From the NCBI GenBank assembly GCA_964640515.1, contig CAZXFG010000001.1:1-49491 (forward strand): a stretch of DNA of 49,491 nt, in the 5' to 3' direction. This DNA comes from an uncultured Gammaproteobacteria bacterium (GTDB lineage: Bacteria > Patescibacteriota > Patescibacteriia > Magasanikbacterales > GWA2-37-8). Positions 36,460-45,477 of the stretch are shown here, one piece after another (position 1 is the first letter of the stretch; each line of letters starts with the position of its first letter). Position numbers and translations under genes: made by a program. Below the pieces are notes generated by a model. That model was given only the letters and a program-made list of their open reading frames with translations. It was not told the DNA's origin and ran no database searches.

Positions 36460-36760
36460 TAATTTCCTTGCATTGGCGACAAAGGCGTTTTTTTTCTTTG
36501 GCTTCCATCTTAAAACCTACTCGGGCGGCCTTGCTGCAACGCGGACAAAGCAACATAACCTTGCTCATTGCCATCGGTCCGGCCAATTCCAAACGCTGAC
36601 CCTTCTCACCTTGTTTCCGAGCGCGCACATGCCTTTTGATTATATTCAAACCCTCAACCACGACCTTCCGTTCAATCGGAAAAACTTGGATCACTTTACC
36701 GGTTTTGCCCCGATCCTTGCCGCTAAGCACTTTTACTTTGTCGTTGGTTTTTATTTTCAT
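36452..36760 (-). CDS. rplX: 50S ribosomal protein L24
   Basis: 102 aa. KOW motif KIKTNDKVKVLSGKDRGKTGKV and a C-terminal CxxC...CxxC. Confidence 0.93.
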   Translation of the reverse strand: MKIKTNDKVKVLSGKDRGKTGKVIQVFPIERKVVVEGLNIIKRHVRARKQGEKGQRLELAGPMAMSKVMLLCPRCSKAARVGFKMEAKEKKRLCRQCKEIIE

Positions 36761-36773
36761 AAAAAGAAAAAAA

Positions 36774-37145
36774 TTACAAAACTTCTGGAGCCAAAGAAAC
36801 GATTTTCTGAAAACCCTTTACGCGCAATTCTCTGGCCACCGGGCCGAAAATACGCGTGCCTCTTGGTTCTTTGGTTTTTCTATCGATAATCACGCCGGCA
36901 TTTTCACTAAAACGGATATAGGTGCCATCCGCTCGGCGGATTTCCTTGCGTTGGCGCACCACCACTAAATGCACTATTTCGCTTTTCTTCACTAAGCCAT
37001 GCGGCGCCGCTTCTTTAACCGTACCCGTGACTATATCTCCGATATTGGCATATCTTTTTCTATAGCCGCCCAAAACTCTAAAACACTGCACTTTTTTAGC
37101 GCCGGTATTATCCGCTACGGTTAACATGCTACGATGTTGAATCAT
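36774..37145 (-). CDS. rplN: 50S ribosomal protein L14
   Basis: 123 aa starting [21 protein letters not shown]. Confidence 0.96.
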   Translation of the reverse strand: MIQHRSMLTVADNTGAKKVQCFRVLGGYRKRYANIGDIVTGTVKEAAPHGLVKKSEIVHLVVVRQRKEIRRADGTYIRFSENAGVIIDRKTKEPRGTRIFGPVARELRVKGFQKIVSLAPEVL

Positions 37146-37167
37146 ACAAGGACTTTTATCTTTATAA

Positions 37168-37425
37168 TTATTTTAGAATCTCGGCCAGATACCATCTTTT
37201 GGTTTTGGACAACGGCCGGCTCTCTATAAATTTTACTTTATCCCCCACTTTCGCTTCGCCCTTTTCATCGTGCACATGATATTTCTTGCTCACTCGAAAA
37301 TATTTATCATATTTCGCGTGTTGCTTCATTGTGTTGACTTCAACCACAACCGTTTTCTGCATGGCCGCTTTTACCACTTGACCGATAAAGCTTCTTTTAA
37401 TTTTTTTTGTCGCTGTTTTTTCCAT
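37168..37425 (-). CDS. rpsQ: 30S ribosomal protein S17
   Basis: 85 aa with [16 protein letters not shown]...[15 protein letters not shown]...[10 protein letters not shown]. Confidence 0.95.
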   Translation of the reverse strand: MEKTATKKIKRSFIGQVVKAAMQKTVVVEVNTMKQHAKYDKYFRVSKKYHVHDEKGEAKVGDKVKFIESRPLSKTKRWYLAEILK

Positions 37426-37434
37426 AAAAATATT

Positions 37435-37851
37435 TTATTTCATTTTGAGAGAAAATCTGGTTTTAACCCTGATTTTATAGCCGGCTAAATGCATTGCCTC
37501 TTCGGCTGACTCTTTGGTGATGCCGCCCATTTCAAATAAAACCGTACCTGGCTTCACGGGCACGACATAATGGTCCGGAGCCCCTTTCCCTCCGCCCATG
37601 GGCACTTCATTGCCTTTTTTGGTTACCGGTTTGTCAGGGAAAATACGGATCCAAATTTTACCTCCGCGGCGAGTATAGCGGGTCAAAACACGGCGAGCCG
37701 ACTCAATCTCCCGGCTAGTCACCCAACCGGCCTCTTTACTTTTCAAACCAAACTCTCCAAAAGCGACAAAATTGGTCCTGGTGGCCACGCCCATATTTCT
37801 GCGTCGGCCTTTGTGCCATTTACGGTGCGCTACCTTCTTCGGTATTAACAT
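37435..37851 (-). CDS. rplP: 50S ribosomal protein L16
   Basis: 138 aa starting [16 protein letters not shown], with [16 protein letters not shown]. Confidence 0.96.
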   Translation of the reverse strand: MLIPKKVAHRKWHKGRRRNMGVATRTNFVAFGEFGLKSKEAGWVTSREIESARRVLTRYTRRGGKIWIRIFPDKPVTKKGNEVPMGGGKGAPDHYVVPVKPGTVLFEMGGITKESAEEAMHLAGYKIRVKTRFSLKMK

Positions 37852-37852
37852 A

Positions 37853-38542
37853 TTATTTTCTTAAGCTTTTTTTATCTTCCTCTTTTTTCTCAAATTTATC
37901 CTTACGCCCGAAAGATTCTCCGTGATAAACCCAAACTTTCACTCCAATTTTACCGTAAAGAGTATGGGCCTCCACTAACGCGTAATCTACATCGCTACGC
38001 AAAGTAATCAAAGACATTTTACCGGCGCTCAAGACCTCGCGGCGGGCGATTTCCACTCCATTCAAACGGCCGGCCATTTTAATTTTTACCCCCTTGGCGC
38101 CCGCGGCCATCACTTTTTCCAAAACTTTTTTCATCACTCGACGGAACGGCCTGCGATTCTCAATCTCTTCCACCGCGCTTTGCGCCACCACTTGGGCGGA
38201 TAAAGCCGGCGACTTCAACGGCATGACATTCAATTTTACTTTCAATTTACAGCCCAGAATTTTCTTCTCAATCTCTTTTCTGATTACATCCAATTCCTGA
38301 CCGCTCCGGCCGATAATCATGCCGGGTTTAGCCGCCAAAATATTTACTGTTAATTCTTTAGGACCGCGTTCAATGCCGATAGCGTCCACCCCGGCGCTTT
38401 TTAATTTCTTGCCTAAATAATCACGAATGGATACCTCCTGTTTCAAAAACAAAGGCATCCGGTCTTTTTTAGCGAACCATTTAGAATCCCAGGTATAAAT
38501 CAGGGGTAAGCGATGTATTGTCGGATGGACTTTGTGACCCAT
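37853..38542 (-). CDS. rpsC: 30S ribosomal protein S3
   Basis: 229 aa starting MGHKVHP, with KH and S3-C domains ([10 protein letters not shown]). Confidence 0.96.
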   Translation of the reverse strand: MGHKVHPTIHRLPLIYTWDSKWFAKKDRMPLFLKQEVSIRDYLGKKLKSAGVDAIGIERGPKELTVNILAAKPGMIIGRSGQELDVIRKEIEKKILGCKLKVKLNVMPLKSPALSAQVVAQSAVEEIENRRPFRRVMKKVLEKVMAAGAKGVKIKMAGRLNGVEIARREVLSAGKMSLITLRSDVDYALVEAHTLYGKIGVKVWVYHGESFGRKDKFEKKEEDKKSLRK

Positions 38543-38567
38543 ATTGATAAAAAATCAAAATGCAAAA

Positions 38568-38960
38568 CTATTTTTTAATTGACTTTTCCTCTTTAATTTC
38601 TTTTTTCTCCTCTTTTTGTTTCTTTTCCATAACAGTCAGAAATAAATTGATATGACTGGTTCGTTCACGAATCGGAGTGGCGCGGCCATGGGCTTTGGGC
38701 ATCCAGCGTTTCAAACTCGGGCCGCCATCCACGGTTATTCTAGCCACTCTTAAATCTTCCACGGATAAAGAATAATTATGCTTGGCGTTGGCCACAGCCG
38801 ATTCTAATAATTTTTTAATCGGGCGAGCGGCTTCTTTATTTAATAATGATAAAACATCCAAAGCTCGTGATACTTTTTTACCGCGAATCAAATCAGCGAC
38901 CAAACGCGCTTTGCGCGGTCCGCAACGGAGAAATTTTAATTTGGCTGTGACTTCCTGCAT
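38568..38960 (-). CDS. rplV: 50S ribosomal protein L22
   Basis: 130 aa with RCGPRKARLVADLIRGKKVSRAL. Confidence 0.95.
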   Translation of the reverse strand: MQEVTAKLKFLRCGPRKARLVADLIRGKKVSRALDVLSLLNKEAARPIKKLLESAVANAKHNYSLSVEDLRVARITVDGGPSLKRWMPKAHGRATPIRERTSHINLFLTVMEKKQKEEKKEIKEEKSIKK

Positions 38961-38972
38961 ATTGCAAAATTA

Positions 38973-39329
38973 TTACTTTTTAGGCGCGGCCGGGGCGGCT
39001 TTAGCCGGAGTCGCCGCTACAGATGGCGCGCCAGCTTTGGCTGTTTCAGCGGACACCTGATCTTTGGCCATTTTACCCCCATGTTTAACAAATTTTCTAG
39101 TTGGAGAGAATTCACCCAAACGATGCCCAACCTTATTTTCATCAACAAACACGGAAATAAAATCCTTGCCATTATGCACCAAAAATGTCAGGCCCACCAT
39201 TTCCGGAGAAATAACGCAAGCCCGAGACCAAGTCTTAATGGGTATAAACTTTTTATTCGCCCGCATTTTCAAAACCTTCTCTAGCAAGCGAGGATCAATA
39301 TACGAGCCTTTTTTTAAACTTCTGGACAT
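38973..39329 (-). CDS. rpsS: 30S ribosomal protein S19 with A/P/K-rich C-terminal extension
   Basis: [12 protein letters not shown]...VHNGKDF...[13 protein letters not shown], then about 30 extra residues (...[14 protein letters not shown]). Confidence 0.95.
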   Translation of the reverse strand: MSRSLKKGSYIDPRLLEKVLKMRANKKFIPIKTWSRACVISPEMVGLTFLVHNGKDFISVFVDENKVGHRLGEFSPTRKFVKHGGKMAKDQVSAETAKAGAPSVAATPAKAAPAAPKK

Positions 39330-39339
39330 AAAAATTTAA

Positions 39340-40182
39340 TTATTTGGAATTTTTACGGGACTTGATGACAAATTTATCACTCCATTTTTCCGGTGAACGA
39401 GTTTTGACACCGCGAGCGGCCTTTCCATAAACAGTCTGCGGACCGCGCTTCTGACCGATCGGACTATGACCCTCGCCACCGCCGTGCGGATGGTCAACCG
39501 GGTTCATGTTTTTACCTTTCACTCTTGGTTTAATGCCTTGCAAACGGCGGCGGCCGGCTTTACCCCAACGAATCAAACGATAATCAGCGTTGCCTAACAC
39601 ACCGACACTGGCCGCGCATTTTTTCAAAACAGCGCGAATTTCTCCGGAAGGTAATTTTATCTGGGCATAATCGCCTTCAACACCCACAAACTGGGCGGAT
39701 AAACCAGCGCCGCGCACCAATTGCCCGCCCTTGCCCGGAGTTAATTCTATATTATATACAAATAAACCGATTGGAATATATTCTAAAGGCATGCGGTGTC
39801 CTAATTCGGCTTTAATGGCCCCATGAGAAGATTGAACACTATCGCCCACTTTTAATCCTTCCGGACATAAAATATAGGACTTGACATTATCCGCGTATTT
39901 AACCAACGCAATGCGCGGACCGCGATTCGGATCATATTCTATAGCCATGACTTCAGCCGGCAAATCAAATTTTTTCCTTTTAAAATCTACCAGGCGATAA
40001 AACTTCTTGACCCCGCCGCCTTGATGGCGCACGGTAATGATACCTTGATTGTTCCGCCCGCTTTTAGGCTGTAAAATGGTGATTAATGATTTTTCCGGTT
40101 CCGTTCTAGTGATATCAGAAAAAGCGTCCACGCTTGATCGGCGGCGTCCATTGCTGGTTGGTTTGTGGATTTTAATCGGCAT
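39340..40182 (-). CDS. rplB: 50S ribosomal protein L2
   Basis: 280 aa with GRNNQGIITVRHQGGG and VDHPHGGGEG. Confidence 0.97.
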   Translation of the reverse strand: MPIKIHKPTSNGRRRSSVDAFSDITRTEPEKSLITILQPKSGRNNQGIITVRHQGGGVKKFYRLVDFKRKKFDLPAEVMAIEYDPNRGPRIALVKYADNVKSYILCPEGLKVGDSVQSSHGAIKAELGHRMPLEYIPIGLFVYNIELTPGKGGQLVRGAGLSAQFVGVEGDYAQIKLPSGEIRAVLKKCAASVGVLGNADYRLIRWGKAGRRRLQGIKPRVKGKNMNPVDHPHGGGEGHSPIGQKRGPQTVYGKAARGVKTRSPEKWSDKFVIKSRKNSK

Positions 40183-40203
40183 AGCTAAAAATCTAATATC
40201 TTA

Positions 40204-40656
40204 TTAAACACCTTCATGAATGGTAATACTCTGGCCCTTGACCAATGTGATAATAGCCTTGCGATAATCAGAGCGACGACCGGTAGCGCGGCCAAAACGC
40301 TTCGGTTTACCCTGAATATTCATCACATTTACTTCTATCGGTTTGACGCCATATTTTTCCTTTACCGCCTGCTTAATCTGATGCTTGTTAGCGTCGCGGC
40401 TCACCAAAAAACTGTACTTATTTAAACTCTGCGAAACAGCTGCCTTTTCAGTTACCAACGCTTTAATCAAAATCTTGTCAGCTAAAACACCGCTTTTCGC
40501 TTCTGGTTTGGCCAATGCGTCTGCGGCCGCCGCCGCCGGCTTCTCAACTTCCTTAACCGCTATTTTCTTTTCTTTTTTGGGCGCAACCTGAACTTCAGCT
40601 CCTTTATCCAGCTGTTCTTGATTTTTCTTCTTAGTCCACCTGTCTAATAATCCCAT
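40204..40656 (-). CDS. rplW: 50S ribosomal protein L23 with ~55-aa K/E/A-rich N-terminal extension
   Basis: The L23 core begins at ...DKILIKALVTEKAAV. No in-frame ATG lies nearer the core. Confidence 0.9.
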   Translation of the reverse strand: MGLLDRWTKKKNQEQLDKGAEVQVAPKKEKKIAVKEVEKPAAAAADALAKPEAKSGVLADKILIKALVTEKAAVSQSLNKYSFLVSRDANKHQIKQAVKEKYGVKPIEVNVMNIQGKPKRFGRATGRRSDYRKAIITLVKGQSITIHEGV

Positions 40657-40677
40657 ATCATTTTGATCTTAAGATGA

Positions 40678-41313
40678 TTATTGTTTTTTCCCGAATACTT
40701 CTTCCAGCTTCTTCACCGCTTCTTGACTGGCAATCACTCCATCCCAATTGATTAAATCCATAACATTTACATCTTCAGCCCGAACCGTTTTTATATTGGT
40801 CAGATTCTTGGTCATGCGCATCACCTTTTCATCTTTTCCGGCGGTTAATACTAAAAATTTCTTACTCTTGCCTGGAAATAATTTCAATAAATTCACAAAC
40901 ATTTTGGTTTTGGCTTCAGCGAAAGAAAAATCTTGTAAAATCCACAAGACGCTATTGGCCACTTTATCGCTCAAACACATCCGGACAGCTAAACGACGGG
41001 TCTGTTTGTTGATTTTAGTATGGTAATTTCTGATAGTCAACGGACCAAAAGTCACTCCTCCGCCTTTCCAAATCGGCGAGCGGATAGAACCGTGGCGAGC
41101 GCGCCCCGTGCCTTTTTGTTGCCAGGGCTTTTTACCGCCGCCGGAAACTTCACCGCGATTTTTCGTATCAGCCCAAGGTTCACGCTGATTATTAGTTTGG
41201 GCGATAAATACCTCGTGCACCACCTCGGGTTTGATTTTCACCCCAAACACGGCCTCTGCCAATTCCATTTCGCCAACGGCCTGATTTTCTAAATTGTAAA
41301 CTTTTATTTTCAT
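40678..41313 (-). CDS. rplD: 50S ribosomal protein L4
   Basis: 211 aa with GGGKKPWQQKGTGRARHGSIRSPIWKGGG. Confidence 0.96.
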   Translation of the reverse strand: MKIKVYNLENQAVGEMELAEAVFGVKIKPEVVHEVFIAQTNNQREPWADTKNRGEVSGGGKKPWQQKGTGRARHGSIRSPIWKGGGVTFGPLTIRNYHTKINKQTRRLAVRMCLSDKVANSVLWILQDFSFAEAKTKMFVNLLKLFPGKSKKFLVLTAGKDEKVMRMTKNLTNIKTVRAEDVNVMDLINWDGVIASQEAVKKLEEVFGKKQ

Positions 41314-41318
41314 AAATT

Positions 41319-42035
41319 TTATTGAGCTATGGTCGCTCCGGCGCTTTCAGGCGAGGACCCGTCCTCTTGGGGCAATGGGACAACCGAAATATCTGAACCA
41401 TTTTTCTTAACCACTTTTAATTCTCCCGGAGCCATAATTTCCAACAAAGCATTGCGACCGCCCGGCACGGCGCCTTTTAAATAGATCTCATTAGTTTCCG
41501 GATGTACAGAAACCACTTCTAAATTTTTAACGGTAATTTGAGCATTCCCCATCTGGCCGGCCATGCGCATGCCTTTAAATACCCTTTGCACGCCACCGGC
41601 GCCAATTGAACCGGGAGCGCGTAAATTGTCCTTATGGCCATGCGAAGCCGGACCACCGTGAAAATGATGGCGTTTCACCACACCGGCAAAACCCTTGCCT
41701 TTAGAAATCCCGATCACGCTTACCTTTTCACCTGGAACAAAAGTTTCCACTGTTACTAAATCTCCGCGCGAAACGCTGTCGGTTGATTCAATTTCAAATT
41801 CCTTCAGCCAGCGCACGGGTTTCAAATCCTTCAAATGCCCGGCCATAGGTTTACTTAAACGGAATTCTTTTCTTTCTCCAAAACCAAGCTGGACAGCTTT
41901 ATTGTTGTCTTTATCTCCATTTTTTACCTGAACCACTTGGCAAGGTCCCGCCTGTATTCTAGTCACTGGCACCACCTCACCGCTGGGGACGAACACCTGC
42001 GTCATGCCTATCTTTTTCCCTAAAATAAATTTCAT
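41319..42035 (-). CDS. rplC: 50S ribosomal protein L3
   Basis: 238 aa starting MKFILGKKIGMTQVF, with GKGFAGVVKRHHF. Confidence 0.96.
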   Translation of the reverse strand: MKFILGKKIGMTQVFVPSGEVVPVTRIQAGPCQVVQVKNGDKDNNKAVQLGFGERKEFRLSKPMAGHLKDLKPVRWLKEFEIESTDSVSRGDLVTVETFVPGEKVSVIGISKGKGFAGVVKRHHFHGGPASHGHKDNLRAPGSIGAGGVQRVFKGMRMAGQMGNAQITVKNLEVVSVHPETNEIYLKGAVPGGRNALLEIMAPGELKVVKKNGSDISVVPLPQEDGSSPESAGATIAQ

Positions 42036-42083
42036 AAATAATGAATGTTAGCGGACCATTTAGCTTTTCCTTAATGGTCTTAA

Positions 42084-42136
42084 CAAAAAACTAGAAGCAA
42101 CAACATTGAATAAAAATTCAATTCTGTCGCTTCTAG
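42084..42136 (-). terminator. Long intrinsic terminator/attenuator hairpin 50 nt upstream of rplC, in the sense orientation
   Basis: 21-position stem over 42091..42136. On - strand RNA 20 positions pair (two are G-U); on + strand RNA only 18 pair. It is followed on the - strand by UUUUUUG (42085..42090). Confidence 0.55.
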
Positions 42137-42323
42137 CCTTTCGCGTCAGCGAAATCCGCCCACAGCGGATTCAACCCAATCGGAAACTTTGGGTTAAAAT
42201 GGCTATAAAAATATTTTATCAAATAATTTCCCCCGGTTTATTTTTTCCTAATAAATGTTTTCCCTAAGCCCGGTTTGGGCCGGATCTTATTTACTCGGTT
42301 AAATAAACCAAACACTGACCCTA

Positions 42324-42351
42324 ATTCTACTACTTTTTTCTTAATTGTCAA
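42324..42351 (-). promoter_or_regulatory. Candidate internal promoter just after the rpsJ stop
   Basis: On the - strand: TTGACA (42346..42351), 16-nt spacer, TAGAAT (42324..42329). Confidence 0.4.
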
Positions 42352-42356
42352 GCCCC

Positions 42357-42701
42357 CTACATCTTTATTTCCACATCAACTCCGGCCGGCAAGCTTAAGC
42401 TCATCAGCGCGTCAATACACTTCGGAGAGGCGTTGATAATGTCTATTAAGCGTTTATGCACACGCATTTCATATTGCTCCCGAGCATCCTTATGCACGAA
42501 GGTGGAACGATTTACGGTGTATTTCATCTTTTCCGTAGGTAAAGGAACCGGGCCGATTACCTTGGCATCATTTCTTTCTGCCGTCTCAATAATCGTCTTG
42601 GTGGCCTGATCTATAATCTTACTGTCATAAGCGCGGATCTTAATTCTAATCCGCGTGCCGTTCTCCTCCTTCTTTACAGTATTGGTGGTTGCAGAACTCA
42701 T
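42357..42701 (-). CDS. rpsJ: 30S ribosomal protein S10
   Basis: The track start at 42719 is a TTG that abuts a hairpin; the ATG at 42701 gives MSSATTNTVKK. Core RIRIKIRAYD...AKVIGPVPLPT...RVHKRLIDI. Confidence 0.93.
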   Translation of the reverse strand: MSSATTNTVKKEENGTRIRIKIRAYDSKIIDQATKTIIETAERNDAKVIGPVPLPTEKMKYTVNRSTFVHKDAREQYEMRVHKRLIDIINASPKCIDALMSLSLPAGVDVEIKM

Positions 42702-42721
42702 AAGGTAATAAAAGAACAAAT

Positions 42722-42750
42722 CCCCGCCCCGGCTAAAAGCCGGGACGGGG
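42722..42750 (-). terminator. GC-rich hairpin in the tuf-rpsJ spacer (partial terminator or processing/stability element)
   Basis: The - strand RNA CCCCGUCCCGGC-uuuua-GCCGGGGCGGGG forms 12 bp. The single non-Watson-Crick pair is G-U on the - strand but C-A on the + strand. It is followed by AUUUGUUCUUUUAUUA. Confidence 0.5.
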
Positions 42751-42758
42751 AAATATTT

Positions 42759-43949
42759 TTACTTAATAATTTTAGTTACAACTCCAGCGCCTACCGTCCG
42801 GCCACCCTCGCGAATGGCGAATTTCATTTTTTCTTCCAAAGCTACTGGAATAATTAATTTAACTTTCAAAACGACATTGTCGCCCGGCATTACCATTTCA
42901 ACGCCAGCCGGCAATTCCACTTCACCGGTCACATCGGTAGTGCGGATATAAAATTGGGGTTTATATCCCTTGAAAAATGGCTTATGTCGGCCGCCTTCTT
43001 CTTTGGTCAAGATCAACACTTGGGCTTCAAACTCGGTATGAGGAGTAATGGAACCGATTTTGGCCAAAACCATGCCGCGTTCAATATCCTCTTTCTTGGT
43101 GCCTCTCAAAAGCAAACCAGCATTGTCGCCGGCCACGCCTTCTTTCAAACTCTTGTTAAACATTTCTATGCCAGTGACTACGGTTTTAGAAGTTTCTTCT
43201 TTTAAACCGACAATCTCGGCATCATCATTAATATGAATAGTGCCGCGCTCGATACGACCGGTGACTACAGTACCGCGGCCTTCAATGGAAAAAACATCTT
43301 CCACGGGCATCAAAAACGGCTTATCAATCTCGCGTTGCGGTTCTGGAATATATGAATCTAAAGTATCAAGCAAATCCAAAATCGGTTTAGTGGCGGTCGC
43401 GTCAGTCGGGTTTTGCAAGGCCTGTAAAGCTGAACCGCGGATGATTGGAGTAGTGTCGCCGGGGAATTCATATTTCTTCAATAAATCACGCACTTCGGCC
43501 TCCACCAAATCAATTAATTCCGGATCGGAAACTTGATCCACTTTATTTAAGAAAACTACGATATATGGTACGCCTACTTGGCGAGCCAAAAGGATGTGCT
43601 CGCGGGTTTGCGGCATAGGGCCGTCAGCGGCTGAAACTACGAGAATAGCGCCATCCATCTGGGCGGCGCCGGTAATCATATTTTTTACATAATCGGCATG
43701 ACCCGGGCAGTCCACATGGGCATAATGTCTCTTCTCTGATTCATATTCCACATGGGCGGTAGAAATGGTAATACCGCGGGCCTTTGATTCCGGAGCTTTG
43801 TCCAAATCATCAACACCTTTCTTTTGGGCTACTCCACCGCGAGCATTCAATATCTGCAAGATAGCGGCAGTTAAAGTGGTTTTACCGTGGTCAACATGGC
43901 CAATGGTACCTACATTTACGTGCGGCTTTGTTCTTAAAAACTCAGCCAT
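42759..43949 (-). CDS. tuf: Elongation factor Tu
   Basis: 396 aa with [18 protein letters not shown] and NKVD. Confidence 0.98.
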   Translation of the reverse strand: MAEFLRTKPHVNVGTIGHVDHGKTTLTAAILQILNARGGVAQKKGVDDLDKAPESKARGITISTAHVEYESEKRHYAHVDCPGHADYVKNMITGAAQMDGAILVVSAADGPMPQTREHILLARQVGVPYIVVFLNKVDQVSDPELIDLVEAEVRDLLKKYEFPGDTTPIIRGSALQALQNPTDATATKPILDLLDTLDSYIPEPQREIDKPFLMPVEDVFSIEGRGTVVTGRIERGTIHINDDAEIVGLKEETSKTVVTGIEMFNKSLKEGVAGDNAGLLLRGTKKEDIERGMVLAKIGSITPHTEFEAQVLILTKEEGGRHKPFFKGYKPQFYIRTTDVTGEVELPAGVEMVMPGDNVVLKVKLIIPVALEEKMKFAIREGGRTVGAGVVTKIIK

Positions 43950-44061
43950 ATGAATTAACTCTTTACGGCACTGCTCCGAGTGGTCGGCGCAGATTTGTAT
44001 CCAGCCGTATTATTTTATGTAAAGTTTATAAAGTTAACAAACAGATGACAACTCGTTGCCA

Positions 44062-44089
44062 ATTATACCAAATCCTACAGATTTTGCAA
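44062..44089 (-). promoter_or_regulatory. Candidate promoter for tuf
   Basis: On the - strand: TTGCAA (44084..44089), 16-nt spacer, TATAAT (44062..44067), about 110 nt upstream of the tuf ATG. Confidence 0.45.
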
Positions 44090-44135
44090 GGGGTAAGCCC
44101 AAAATAGAGCTGTGGACAAGAAATTTTGGCTAAGA

Positions 44136-44504
44136 TTACTCATCTATCGGCTCTAAATAGAACCTTTCTTCTTCGGCCACAGGCACCTCGCCCAACTTCT
44201 CTTCTGTGCCAATATTAGCAAAAATTTCCTCATGAAGATCCCGAACTTTGGAAGAAAAATCATCAATTTTCTCTTCAGCAGATACTTCTTCCGGTTCATG
44301 ATCCGCCATCAAGTCATCCGCTTCTTCTAAATCCTTGTCTTCAACGCAACAGGAACACGGTCTTTCATCGTTGTCCAACATTCGTTCATACTCATCCAAA
44401 TCCATCACCACCATGGCATCGCTATTTTCATTGTCTAACACCACGCAACGATCTCCGGTGCGGCGAATTAAGTTCATTACCCGATTGAGTTGGCAGTTGT
44501 CCAT
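44136..44504 (-). CDS. Hypothetical highly acidic protein; N-terminus weakly Phd/YefM-like
   Basis: 122 aa. LIRRTGDRCVVLDNENSDAMVVMDLDEYERML resembles the Phd/YefM antitoxin beta-alpha pattern and is followed by a long D/E-rich tail. No toxin partner is adjacent. Confidence 0.55.
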   Translation of the reverse strand: MDNCQLNRVMNLIRRTGDRCVVLDNENSDAMVVMDLDEYERMLDNDERPCSCCVEDKDLEEADDLMADHEPEEVSAEEKIDDFSSKVRDLHEEIFANIGTEEKLGEVPVAEEERFYLEPIDE

Positions 44505-44625
44505 ATACTTAAAAAATTCTAATTAAACTTCGTTCATATTATATCAATCCGGAATAAGAAGTCAACTGTTATTTTTGCATTAAATCTGATAGAATAAATT
44601 CAATACATAACCTAGCCCCATAACC

Positions 44626-45477
44626 ATGCCAACTTCAGAAATCATCATCACCAATATAGGAAGACTGGAGCTGACCAAACAGGCAATATCCAATGCCGGT
44701 TTGGATAAATTCCATGTGGTGGCTGATTTTGATCGCACCATTACCAAAAATTTTGTTAACGGCGCGCGTACTTCCTCTATTATTTCCGTATTATGCACCG
44801 AAAAAATGCTCACCCCGGATTATCCGGCCAAAGCCCGGGAATTATTTGATAAATATTATGCGATTGAAACTGATATCAATTATCCAGACGATAAAAAATT
44901 GATCGCCATGCATGAGTGGTGGACAAAACATTTTCAATTATTGATTGATTCCAAATTAAATAAAAAGGATTTGGAGAGGGTGGCCAGTACCGACAAAATA
45001 CAATTGCGCGCCGGCATCTGCGACATGATTAAATGGTTACATGAAAAAACTGTTCCTCTGCTAATCTTCTCTGCCAGCGGCCTTGGGGTGGACATAATCA
45101 CCCTTTATCTCAAAAAATGCCGGCATTTATACGACAACATTCATATTGTCTCCAATATTATAAAATGGGATGACAATGGCTATGCGGTTGGAGTCCGAGA
45201 GCCGATTATCCACAACATGAACAAAGGAGAACACGCGCTAAAAAATTATCCTATATTCAAATTAATAAAAAATCGTAAAAATATTTTACTCTTAGGAGAC
45301 GACGCGAACGATGTCGATATGGTGGAAGGAATTGAGTGTGAAAATATAATAAAGGTGGGATTTTTAAATACAGATGTAGAAAAGAATCTTGAAACATTTA
45401 AAAAACACTTTGATGTAATCATCACGAATGATGGGGAGATGAATTTCGTAAATCAATTATTGGAAGAAATGTTTTGA
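44626..45477 (+). CDS. Pyrimidine 5'-nucleotidase of the eukaryote-type UMPH-1/NT5C3 family (HAD superfamily)
   Basis: 283 aa. ADFDRT (DxDxT), KYYAIE, HEWWTKH, IFSASGLG, VSN, IHNMNKG and LLLGDDANDVDMVEG match the order of NT5C3 motifs as I remember them. Confidence 0.8.
   Translation: MPTSEIIITNIGRLELTKQAISNAGLDKFHVVADFDRTITKNFVNGARTSSIISVLCTEKMLTPDYPAKARELFDKYYAIETDINYPDDKKLIAMHEWWTKHFQLLIDSKLNKKDLERVASTDKIQLRAGICDMIKWLHEKTVPLLIFSASGLGVDIITLYLKKCRHLYDNIHIVSNIIKWDDNGYAVGVREPIIHNMNKGEHALKNYPIFKLIKNRKNILLLGDDANDVDMVEGIECENIIKVGFLNTDVEKNLETFKKHFDVIITNDGEMNFVNQLLEEMF

Noticed and set aside
42702-42719. TTG start of rpsJ at 42719, and likewise the TTG starts at 31241 (adk) and 34249 (rpsE)
   Set aside because: These are the longest-ORF starts on non-ATG codons. 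They add non-conserved residues and, for rpsJ, abut the tuf-rpsJ hairpin. In-frame ATGs give N-termini matching the family cores. Starts remain uncertain because SD sequences are weak in this genome.
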